64,000 nt of DNA from an uncultured virus (IMG/VR IMGVR_UViG_3300006923_003182). Taxonomy: Duplodnaviria > Heunggongvirae > Uroviricota > Caudoviricetes. Shown piece by piece: positions 46,853 through 57,100 of this stretch (position 1 is the first letter of the stretch; each line of letters begins with the position of its first letter). Location: positions 1 to 64,000 of the IMG/VR virus record IMGVR_UViG_3300006923_003182; one strand, given 5' to 3'. The translations under genes were made by a program, and so were the position numbers. The notes below the pieces were generated by a model that searched no databases, had not been told where the DNA came from, and saw only the letters and a program-made list of their open reading frames with translations.

Positions 46853-48375
46853 CAGACGTACCTACCCACTAGAATCTCAGAATCTCCATCATTTCTCTTG
46901 TAAAATACAGAATCCGGAAGAACCCCAGATAAAAACTTAGCGGATATATCCTTTATATCATGATTATCTCTAACATACTTTGATGCAGCTCTAACTACAT
47001 CGCTATTTTCGATATTTTCAGATATCAATAAAGCATTTTCAGATTCAATATCACCGATAAAAAATCCATTAACTCCATTCGAAATAATATCTGGAATCCC
47101 TCCAACTTTAGGCATAAAAACCGGAACTCCGGATGCCATAGCTTCAAGCATTGAAATGGGAGTTCCTTCCATTGTTGATGTAGAGAGAAATGCATCAAAT
47201 AATGAGTAATATTTATGCACATCCCTCTTATGTCCGAAAAACCTAACGTTCTCCCCTGCGGCCTGCCTTAGTCGTCCAAGCTCGGGGCCGGAGCCTATAA
47301 TTAAAAAGGTAAAATCCTTCATTTTTTTAGCAATATCTAAAACTCTATCTATATTTTTCTCAGATGAAAGCCTTGAAACAACCCCCACAGTCGGCCGATT
47401 GATTGGAAGATTATTTTGGACCCGAAACTCTCTCCCATCCCGATTGCAAAATCTGTCTAGATCGATCCCAACTGGTATAGTTGTGACTCTATTCTCTTCG
47501 ACTCCTTCGATATCAAGACACAAAGATGATGATACTTTAAATATCTGATCAACTCCTCTTCTCGACTTTATGCTCGAGACCGAATCAGACCACTCGAAGT
47601 CGCTATGATAAATTTCAATTATTCTAGATGATATCGCACCAGTAGACACCAGCGCAGAGATCTTCTCGTAAACCCTTTTGCTATTATAATAAATAACAAC
47701 ATCGTAACCTCTTGAGGAGATAAGCGCCCCGAGACGATCAACGCCGCCAACCCTGGTGTGCTTTACTCTCTTATTGCTGCAAGCTCCGACGAGCGGATTT
47801 TTCCCAAGATATAGTAGTTCTATAGAAAGCATTTTGGAGTCTATATTGTCCAATATGCTCTTTATATATATCTCTGCCCCTCCATAAATTCCATACGGGA
47901 TGACGATGGCCAATGTGCTTGGGTCGGCGGTCCCAAATCTCGAAAGCAACTCTAGATCTGTTCGTTTTATGCTATTTTGTTTGCTCTTTTTCTTTTTTAT
48001 CGGAAGCGCTCGGCTCGAAGATATGACGACTCTTCCAATTTCCACTCCACCGATTGCCCCACCGGGTCTAGTTATTCTTATTTTTCCAAAAAAAGGCTCC
48101 GGCGCAGAAATCGGAAAAGAAGACTCCGACCAACTCGTGCTAGATAGTGAAATTTTTTCATCCAACAATATTATATTATCTTTCGACAAAATCTGGAGCC
48201 TCGCTGGGCCGTTTCCCGAGCGCTTCCGCCCTATAACCTTTATCCTTCCTTCGGCCGGTATCCTTGCCGGGTGCTCTGCGATTCCCCTGGGATTTAAATG
48301 AACGGTCTTCTCTGTCCCAACACGAATCCCGCTTCCAAACCATTTAAAATCCCTAGCGGAGTCGAAATCTCTCAT
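46852..48375 (-). CDS. GT4 glycosyltransferase with N-terminal beta domain
   Basis: YGGAE, SRLSSEKN, EGTPISMLEAMASGVP; start set at ATG 48375 (ATGA overlap). Confidence 0.85.
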   Translation of the reverse strand: MRDFDSARDFKWFGSGIRVGTEKTVHLNPRGIAEHPARIPAEGRIKVIGRKRSGNGPARLQILSKDNIILLDEKISLSSTSWSESSFPISAPEPFFGKIRITRPGGAIGGVEIGRVVISSSRALPIKKKKSKQNSIKRTDLELLSRFGTADPSTLAIVIPYGIYGGAEIYIKSILDNIDSKMLSIELLYLGKNPLVGACSNKRVKHTRVGGVDRLGALISSRGYDVVIYYNSKRVYEKISALVSTGAISSRIIEIYHSDFEWSDSVSSIKSRRGVDQIFKVSSSLCLDIEGVEENRVTTIPVGIDLDRFCNRDGREFRVQNNLPINRPTVGVVSRLSSEKNIDRVLDIAKKMKDFTFLIIGSGPELGRLRQAAGENVRFFGHKRDVHKYYSLFDAFLSTSTMEGTPISMLEAMASGVPVFMPKVGGIPDIISNGVNGFFIGDIESENALLISENIENSDVVRAASKYVRDNHDIKDISAKFLSGVLPDSVFYKRNDGDSEILVGRYV

Positions 48376-49463
48376 ACTAGGTCCAAGATTTGATTTGCTG
48401 CATTTTCCCAAGTAAACTTTTTGAGCGTCTCTTTTCTTTCATCCGAGAATTCATCTAAAATTATAGCCTTATTGAGATACATGCGCTTCATCTTATCGGC
48501 CAGGTCTTCAACCTCTGGGACCCATATTTTTGCCCCGGGGGATGCCCTCCAGTATTGATACTTATCTCCGGCAGCAATCTCTCTGACATCTACGAGCAAG
48601 CTATTTTTCTCATTTAAAAAGTCTAGATGGCCAGAACAATTTGGAGCTATAACCGGAAGACCAGCGGCCATTGCCTCTAAAAACGGAAGGCCGAATCCCT
48701 CTGCCGAAGTTGCGCTAACAAGCGAATCACAAGAATTATAAAGAGGAATCAGGCTGTCATACTTTCTTTGTACGATTTCAATCTGAGGAAGACTTTTTCC
48801 TTTGTGCTTTTTTTGTACTTTTACAATCTCTTTTGCAATATCACATTCAAATTTAAATTTTGGCTTCTTCAGAGAGGTCTTTATTATCAGGCAAACGTCA
48901 TCGGAAGCAGAAAATGCAGAATAATAAGCATCAACCAGCATTCCTATGTTTTTTCTGTGATGCGCTATAGACACGTTAAGAAACTTAAATGATTTATTGG
49001 TCTTGATCGAATCTAACTTGTCTTTTCGGTCAAAATCTTCAATATTTATTCCATGAGGAACCACTATGCATTTATCTTCAGGCCAGCCAGATTCTACAAA
49101 TACCTTTTTAGAGTATGAACTCGACGGCAAGACGTAATCCACATGCTTTATCTCGGGGAGCCAAACCCCCGGTAGGATACTGGACTCGTAATTATATATT
49201 GCAAGCTTTAAGTTTGACTTGCCGCGAAATCGCTCTTTAAAGTTCCGAGGGAGGGTATATGTGATGTCTATGTCCGGATCTTTGACCTCTCTCTTTGTCT
49301 TTTTCATCCAATCTGGCGGAAACATTTCATACCCGTTTATTGAATTAAGATATAAGTCATGACCCTTTGCATCAAACTGAGCAAGAAGGCTTCTGATTGT
49401 TACGGCCCAGCTATGGCTGGTTCCGAGCATGGCTTTGCTTCTGATCTTTAACGTCTTGGGCAT
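48372..49463 (-). CDS. GT4-like glycosyltransferase
   Basis: VPHGI, RKN, EGFGLPFLEAMAAGLPVI. Confidence 0.88.
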   Translation of the reverse strand: MPKTLKIRSKAMLGTSHSWAVTIRSLLAQFDAKGHDLYLNSINGYEMFPPDWMKKTKREVKDPDIDITYTLPRNFKERFRGKSNLKLAIYNYESSILPGVWLPEIKHVDYVLPSSSYSKKVFVESGWPEDKCIVVPHGINIEDFDRKDKLDSIKTNKSFKFLNVSIAHHRKNIGMLVDAYYSAFSASDDVCLIIKTSLKKPKFKFECDIAKEIVKVQKKHKGKSLPQIEIVQRKYDSLIPLYNSCDSLVSATSAEGFGLPFLEAMAAGLPVIAPNCSGHLDFLNEKNSLLVDVREIAAGDKYQYWRASPGAKIWVPEVEDLADKMKRMYLNKAIILDEFSDERKETLKKFTWENAANQILDLV

Positions 49464-49514
49464 GGCATGATTTTACCAAAAAAAGTACCAATAATTGAAA
49501 ATACTAAATTAAAA

Positions 49515-52500
49515 CTAACTATCTGCCCCAGCTCCCAAGTTGCATGGCCACGGTCCGTCCACATATGACCCAACTCTTGTATCCGCAACAACAAAGAAGC
49601 ATAGCTCGTCTTCTTCGAATGCCTCTATATCGGAGCACAGCCCCAGGCCAATCCTGTCGAGATCTTTAATGTTCACTTCAACGTCGCCATTAACAAATCC
49701 TGACTTCTTAAGGTAAATTCCAAAGTTTAAAACGGTTCTATTCTCAGCGTTTAGAGCATCATATAAAACATTTTTAGTTCTCAATGTGGCAATTCCAGTC
49801 TGAGGATCTAATGATACCCCAACTTTAAATATAACTCCAGTCGTAACGTCTTCATAGAGAATTTCCAGGGTTATATCCGCCCCAACCTCAATGCTTGTTG
49901 TTGCGTCCGTGCTCGCCTCAATCAATATCGCCTTATAATACCCCGGCAGGTGGCCGGACTGGGATAACCAGAAAATAACATGCGAGGTCACGTCGACCTC
50001 AAAGGTTTCCCCAACTGCGACTTCTCCTGGCACAAATGTTGACACGAAAGAATCATTGTGCTCGAGCGGATAATCAAACAATGCGCCCAAGTTATCTGCA
50101 TTCATTATATTATATGGAGTTATGTTAAACTTGTCGTACGATAATATCGGTTGATATGCGGTCATTTTCAAAGATGCAGATACAATATTTGTTTTGGACG
50201 TAAGATTAAGCGGGAATGTAGCAGTAACCCTGCTTGCCCCCGCTAGGGCGTCTCTTCCGACAATAATTGACTCTCCGAGCAAATTATCTGACTCTAAATC
50301 CGACTGGAGAACCACCTCATGCAGCCTAACTGCGAAGTTTACGCCAGCACTCGGTGTATCATAATTTGCAACCTCAAAGTCTACAGTAGCATCGCCTATG
50401 CCGGGGTGAAGATCTGGGTTTTCGCCAATCCTTATATACTGGCCGGTCGGATTTGCCAAAACATCTATTGAGTTGTCATCAAAATAGTATGCAGTTACTA
50501 CCTCATTTACTCTGCGCACTCTAAACAACATGTCTTCGCCCAGCTTCTCTGCGTAATCATCAAAATAATCAAAATCGTATATCAGAGCACCATCTGCATT
50601 AAAAATCTCTCCGCTAAAAAAGACTCCAAGGCCATGTCCCGCAACCTCTCTCCATCCAACCTTTAGCTCCGCCCAGGTTCCGTCATCATTTACTATGTCT
50701 ATCGTAGAGAAGAAAGAGGCCTTTCCGGTGAAAAATAGATCGCTCTCCCACGCGCTCCTCGCTGCTCGAAAATCTATAATAAAATCTCCAGACATTCCCG
50801 GCGCGGCTGACGGGTACTCTACTCTTCCGTATTTTTCCGTTGAAAACTCTATTGTTGTAATGTCAAACTTTATTCCGCGAGTTGACTTTGTTCCATCGTC
50901 CTTATCTATTGCCAAAACAGAGGATGACGCATTCCCAAGAGACTCTGCCCATTCGGAAAAGTATATATAAGAACTCTCACTGAGCTCCTCTCCTATGAGC
51001 TCAGTGGCCGTTGTGGCCTCGGCCTCATCTGCATATCCATCGACAACGTACCCGTCGACCAGGGCGTCAACATGAAGACTTGCAATGGCTTTCGAAAACT
51101 TAACCCTACCCTTTGTAATGTCGGTATCAGTAGCCGAGTCCTCACAGCCAACGTATGTCCCATCCGAAAACTTCATAGCGGGATATCCAGACGCAGTAAA
51201 GCACTTCCCTTCATCAGACTTTATAAAGTTTGTATAAAGATTTATGCTGCAGCCCTCGATACTGCCAGGCGGAAGGGGTATTGTTACGTTGGAGTACTCG
51301 AAGTCTCCATGATATGGAATCCCCGGCTCAGAGTAGATCTCTCCATTTGGAATGAACAAATCGTTTGCCAATATTTTTTGTGTTTTAAACTGAGGAGTAC
51401 ACAGGGACCCGTCAATGCACTTTGGCTCCTGACAGATGCAGGTTTCAATATGCTCTTCTATGAGGGTGGATTCAACGAACCTTCTTAAGTCACAAATATC
51501 TACAAACCTCTCGTCAAACGCGGCTCCTATGCTTGATATGGAATAATTCTTTTTGACAAATGGGACGCTCATCAAGTTTATGTTATCAGCAAAAACGTTT
51601 ACCCTGGTTCCGCTAATAATTATGACATTAAAGTCGGATGCTCCAGAGAATTCAACGTCTGCCCCGTCCATGCTGGAGACGACAACCGAAACGTCCAGAC
51701 CAGATGTGCCGACGGTTTTGGCTGTAATTTCAAACTCTCCGGCATCCGCTTGGTCCGAGGGTATTTCGATCTTATCCCCGACCCTAATGGCGAGAGCCTC
51801 CAAATCAGAGGACGTAGAAAATGAAATAACATTGCCTCCGGATGCAGATGAGCCGGACGATACGGAATCGGAAAATACCTCTGGATAATCAGATGATTCA
51901 AAAATATTCTCCAGCCGAAGCCTTAATATCTTAAAAGTCTCATCCGCAGAAAAATTTACATAGCCGTCTACAGCGTCTTCCATCAGCTCTATGTCTGTTC
52001 CGTCTACTGAGCCATCGGCATTTAAATCTGCCTTTAGAAAGTCTATAATGCCAAACTCTCCGCCGAGAATTCTTCGCTCTGTTGTCTCCGAATTTATTGT
52101 ATTTCCGACAACATTGAGTAGCTCTATTATATCGTTTGATGTAATCTCATTATCACCATCCAAGTCTCCGGTGAGAACCTCCTCGCATATTGCTTCTATT
52201 ATTCTATAGCGAGATGTACACTCACAATCTGTATCTGGAGTAATCACTTGCCCAACGAGGTTAGCGGCAACAAGGGCCGCCTCCGGGTTCACTATAACGA
52301 CCTCATTGGCCTCGATCATTCCCGGGAGATCAATCTCTCCAGAGAATATGCTTGAATCCCGAACGTTTTTATCTGAAATTTTGCCAAGGAATATACTTGG
52401 ATTATTATAATCCAGGCTGTCCAGATCTTTTATCATTCCAAAGGATGGGTAGTCTTCTATTTTTGAATAAACAAGATTCCCAGTTCTTGGATGAGTCTTG

Positions 52501-54068
52501 GGGTCTGAAAACTTGTCTTCTCTAGAAAGAGTTAGATAGTTTGTTCCGCCCTCCGATACATCGCTTATGGATATATTTCTCTCGAATTTTGATATATGAG
52601 TTCCGCCAACATATTCTTCTGTTTTTGGAAGAGTTATTGGGGTTCCATCACTTGCATATGCAGAGCCATTGGTAACTTCTATGGAGTCGGAATGAATAAC
52701 AAACCACAAAGATGCCGTTATATCATCAACATAAACTCTATTTTTTGAGTCATATTCTACATACCTGCTCTGCTGGCGACCGAATCGCTCTGTTACCGAT
52801 AGGTCTTGCCCGTTGTCTTCTTTTCTAGATACGGCATCATATCCCTTCTCGAGGAGTATCGTGCCGGTTTTATTGCTCCCTCTTCTGGAGATTAAAACGA
52901 CGTAGTATTTATCGACCTCCATCGATGGTTCGATATCGGGGTCTGCAATCAGCATATCAGCAAAATTAAAGCTGACTATCTTCGGCGTGCTGCTAAGCTC
53001 GTATCCAAGATCTTTCAAGTCCTCTTGACTATAGGCTCTTTCCGCTATTGGCTCTGGCTCGGGATCAAAATCAATGAAGTTATCCGGGACATGATCTGAG
53101 GAGCACTTTGTTTCTGTTGACAGCTTGTGAATTGATACAACTATATCTCCAGAAAATTCATACTCAAGGCCCGCATCAGCATCCAGGTCTTCCTCTATCG
53201 ATACCAACAAATCGACCCTCTGGAGGTTATTTGTTCTAGATAGAAACTTCTGACCGTACATCGGAGAATCCGACGAAGCAGCCGCAAAAGACACCTTGCT
53301 TTCTGATTCTAGCTCAATGTATAAGTCAGATATTGAATTCTCGGACCCCAATAAGTCTATTATTTCATCTTTTATCGTCTTTTCTGGATCCGAGCTTATA
53401 AAATTAGAAATTCCAATATTTGGAGACTCAACCTGAAAGGACGAGGTCGTACGTGCGAAAACCTTTAGTGGCTCAGCCTCTCTGAATATAAAGCCGCCAC
53501 CGGCATCTGAAATTGAATTAAGGCTTTCAGCATATGACAAAAACTCTGTTCTTCCAGTCCCTCCGGAGAAGTTATTGAAAATAACACCGGAAATACTAGT
53601 ATAGTAATTTTCTGTAACTTGCACTTCATTATCTTTAAACTCTAAAATCTCAGAGGTCAGAAGTCCCGAATCACCAATGCCGTTGAATCTTTTTCCTAAA
53701 ATCAATACCTTTGCGGCATGTCTTCCTCCGAGATTAAGGCCGTGCGCCTCAACCTCGATCCTTTCTCCATGGGCAGAATCTGCCGGCTGTCGATCAAAAT
53801 ATACGGCAGAGCCGTCAAAGGATCCAGATTCTATTTTGAATTCGGAAGGGTTTGCGCCAGAAGAGTGCGCCCCAGGAGCCGAAGTATCCAGAAGAATCCT
53901 CTCGCCAAACGGCGCATCTTGAACCACGCCACTTCCGTGAAAGTCAATATTTAGCTCAGATACTAGAGATCTATGATGAATCTGCTCTTCGTCTAAATCC
54001 CTCTCTGTAACCCGCTGCCCATCAAAGAAGTTAATCCTTGGGGCATTGGCTTTTTTCATATTTCCCAT
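49515..54068 (-). CDS. large acidic putative virion (tail/baseplate) protein with dockerin/EF-hand-like pair
   Basis: N-terminal RINFFDGQRVTERDLDEEQ; GDLDGDNEITSNDI and ADLNADGSVDGTDI. Confidence 0.6.
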   Translation of the reverse strand: MGNMKKANAPRINFFDGQRVTERDLDEEQIHHRSLVSELNIDFHGSGVVQDAPFGERILLDTSAPGAHSSGANPSEFKIESGSFDGSAVYFDRQPADSAHGERIEVEAHGLNLGGRHAAKVLILGKRFNGIGDSGLLTSEILEFKDNEVQVTENYYTSISGVIFNNFSGGTGRTEFLSYAESLNSISDAGGGFIFREAEPLKVFARTTSSFQVESPNIGISNFISSDPEKTIKDEIIDLLGSENSISDLYIELESESKVSFAAASSDSPMYGQKFLSRTNNLQRVDLLVSIEEDLDADAGLEYEFSGDIVVSIHKLSTETKCSSDHVPDNFIDFDPEPEPIAERAYSQEDLKDLGYELSSTPKIVSFNFADMLIADPDIEPSMEVDKYYVVLISRRGSNKTGTILLEKGYDAVSRKEDNGQDLSVTERFGRQQSRYVEYDSKNRVYVDDITASLWFVIHSDSIEVTNGSAYASDGTPITLPKTEEYVGGTHISKFERNISISDVSEGGTNYLTLSREDKFSDPKTHPRTGNLVYSKIEDYPSFGMIKDLDSLDYNNPSIFLGKISDKNVRDSSIFSGEIDLPGMIEANEVVIVNPEAALVAANLVGQVITPDTDCECTSRYRIIEAICEEVLTGDLDGDNEITSNDIIELLNVVGNTINSETTERRILGGEFGIIDFLKADLNADGSVDGTDIELMEDAVDGYVNFSADETFKILRLRLENIFESSDYPEVFSDSVSSGSSASGGNVISFSTSSDLEALAIRVGDKIEIPSDQADAGEFEITAKTVGTSGLDVSVVVSSMDGADVEFSGASDFNVIIISGTRVNVFADNINLMSVPFVKKNYSISSIGAAFDERFVDICDLRRFVESTLIEEHIETCICQEPKCIDGSLCTPQFKTQKILANDLFIPNGEIYSEPGIPYHGDFEYSNVTIPLPPGSIEGCSINLYTNFIKSDEGKCFTASGYPAMKFSDGTYVGCEDSATDTDITKGRVKFSKAIASLHVDALVDGYVVDGYADEAEATTATELIGEELSESSYIYFSEWAESLGNASSSVLAIDKDDGTKSTRGIKFDITTIEFSTEKYGRVEYPSAAPGMSGDFIIDFRAARSAWESDLFFTGKASFFSTIDIVNDDGTWAELKVGWREVAGHGLGVFFSGEIFNADGALIYDFDYFDDYAEKLGEDMLFRVRRVNEVVTAYYFDDNSIDVLANPTGQYIRIGENPDLHPGIGDATVDFEVANYDTPSAGVNFAVRLHEVVLQSDLESDNLLGESIIVGRDALAGASRVTATFPLNLTSKTNIVSASLKMTAYQPILSYDKFNITPYNIMNADNLGALFDYPLEHNDSFVSTFVPGEVAVGETFEVDVTSHVIFWLSQSGHLPGYYKAILIEASTDATTSIEVGADITLEILYEDVTTGVIFKVGVSLDPQTGIATLRTKNVLYDALNAENRTVLNFGIYLKKSGFVNGDVEVNIKDLDRIGLGLCSDIEAFEEDELCFFVVADTRVGSYVDGPWPCNLGAGADS

Positions 54069-54122
54069 TCACTGCTCCTAACTAACACATTGTCGATATT
54101 AGCTTGATTATTAATAGAGCCA

Positions 54123-57100
54123 TCAGCAATGATTTCTTGGAAATTTTACCAAGGCATTTGAGTGAGCGGGCTTAAGCCTATTTACCAATTCAATTATTAA
54201 ATCTTCTGTTTTTTCATCAGTTATTCTACCTAGATCGTCTAGAATTTCTATATCAAAGTTATAAATGCCTCTTTCTGGATCGATTATCGATGCAAAATTT
54301 TCATCGTCTGCCATTACCTTCGTAAAGTTTATAATAGCAGTTGTCATATCATCTTCTATTATTGGATATATGGATTCTTTATTTTCTGAATAATTTATAT
54401 CTATATAATTTCCGTAAATATCTCTTGGAATGTGCCTTGCAACCCTACTGAATCGTATATTGTCAATTCTAGAATAAGCCGATCTTCCTCCGAGGATATC
54501 CCCTCCGACTCCTATTGTTCTGAAGTCATCAACAATTTTGATTTTATAATTATTTGATGCAATCGTTCCTCGGGAAGATAATTGCTGCCCGTAGGTTATT
54601 CCGCCATTATACGTTAAATTTGTTCCATAAGTTATTGTTCCGCCCTCGATTCCATCGACAAACATCGTCATATTATCCCGACTGGAATTTGCCTTATACG
54701 TGCAAATTATTCTATGCCAAGTATTTTTTGTCCAATTTATATTTGTCTTCACTGCATTCTCTATTCCACTTGCGGTTATGGAAAATACAATTTGGCCAAA
54801 TTTACTTTTATATATTGATATTCTATCCCCAGAAAACTCCAGGGGAACATATGAGACTACAACGTCTACATCGTGCCCGGGCAGCGCCTCTCTTAGGCTT
54901 ACCTCTCTTCCGTTCGGAGATAAAATAGCACCGACGGAGAAATCCTTATCCGTTCCGGTTCCTCCTGCGAGACGTCCGGATATCTGACTCCTATGTATCT
55001 CGTCGAAAAGTATGGCGTCCGCCTCTTCTTGGGTATAAAACTCCGAAAACTCCTTTGTTTTTCTCATTAATCTTATTCCAATGATTTTCGAGGCGGCAGA
55101 GGGCAGGCGAATAGAAGTTGGGGAGCTGGCCGAGACTCTGGCCATTGCAGATGATGCGATATCTATATAGTATCGGTCTTCGTCGTCAGCCTCTGTGTCC
55201 ATGGCCGGACTGACCCAAAGCTCGATGGACCCCTCGTCCCTTCTGAAGTATGAATCTTTATTGTTTAAAATCAATGGCGGTGAGTTTATGAATCTTGCAG
55301 ATTCGCCAAAGGCCGAGTTTACACTAACCCCAGAAATATCACTACTCCCTATTCCCGGATAATATGTAGCATCATTAAATATTGGACCACCGGCTGCAGC
55401 GTGGGACTCGAGATACGTCGCTCTTGAGTCCTCTTTTGAAAATCCAATTCTCATCATGTTGTCAACGAAGGTTGCTTCGTTATTTATATGGGCGAGTAAT
55501 AGGGCTATTTGTTCTGTGTTTAATTTAAATTTAAAGTTCGTTTCTTCATTTAAAAACTCTTTTAAGCGCAGCCTTCTTCGCTGTAATTCAATTGGATTCT
55601 CAAAATGAATAAGGGCCAGGGTTTGACGGTCAGGGCAGGATCTATTTGGATCATTGAATTCACCAGTAATGCTCCTTACTCCGGCACGGCCGGTGGCAAC
55701 TGGTCGGGTATCTTGCGACATCTCAGAGATTATTTTAAATTCATCAATTACTCCGCCAAACTGCCCCTCTCCTCTTATATCGGTTCCTATAAATGAATCT
55801 TTCCCTATCCTTGGAACGGACACTTTTAGCCTGGTTGGGTAGTCGAGCTCGTATTTTCCAGGATGCAACTCAAAGGGAACGGTCCCACCGGTCCCTGCCG
55901 TTGTAATATTAAATAGGCCAGCCCGATAAGACTCAAACTCTGCAGTTTCGCCACCATTCACCGACTCTGTAATCAAATCTGTCTCTACAAGCTCGACAAC
56001 GCATGGTTCGTAGTCGATGTCTGCAACGCCAAGGGACCCGGCAATTCTTGAAACATTTAAAAATGTCTTTGACAACTCAACGCTTCCGTTTTCTCTTAAG
56101 ATAACTCTCTCAACTCCGACTCCATCCGTAGTATCTCCAAAAACATCAATAAAACTATCACCCAGGCTGGCGCCATATCCGTCTATATATCCATCGCGAT
56201 CATCACAGAAAATCACATTGTCGGAGTCAAATCGTAGCGTCAGATTCCGCCCCAGATTCTGAGTTGAAATCCTTCCAGACTCCGAGGTTAGCAAGTTATG
56301 CCCAAGCTCAGAGTCAAGCGAAATCTCAAAGTCTACCGACGAGCCCCATGGGCCAGTTTCGTAACTATCAATCGCCGGAATCATTCGATCAAGAACAACT
56401 CTTCGCATAGATATGTCATCCAAATCGATCGGCGGCGTAGAGTGGGTTTTTAGGATGCTCTTTCCGCTATATTTCTCAATGTCAAATCCGGAGTCCGAAT
56501 AGTAAGAAGAGCCAGATAGCCAAATCCCCTCTTTTAGCCTTCCAAGGACGAGTCCAAATGTTCTAATGTGAATGTCTAAATCTGAATACTCAATTGTATC
56601 TGTACTTTTGCAATCAACATTTCCACCAACAAATTCTATCGTTCGATCCGACACGTTGGCCCGGAAGGATGGCTTAATTATTTCATCTCCAGATATTATA
56701 TTTATCGCCCCACTGTCTACCGAATAGAGAACCCCACCGAGCTCCATCTCTTCTCCGTTACATGTTTTTCTATAAATCGAAAACTTTTCATTTTTAAGAT
56801 CTGTTTTAATTCTACTCTTAATTCCGGCTGTCGGAGCAAAAGAGAATCTGATATCTGATGCCGAAGTATTAAATACAACTGGATTTAAATTAATGCCAGA
56901 CACTATTGTTACGCGGCTAGAGTCGATTACGCTTCCTATTATTAGCTCTTCTCCGACCATGGTTGGGGCCATTCCGGACGATCTTATTATAATAGATCTA
57001 CCAACCATGTCCGAGGAGAACCCTGCATCGCCGGAGTATAGAGAGCTGGAGCCGGCAGATACCGTTCCGTCCTCATATATGTCTGAAAACAATATATTGT

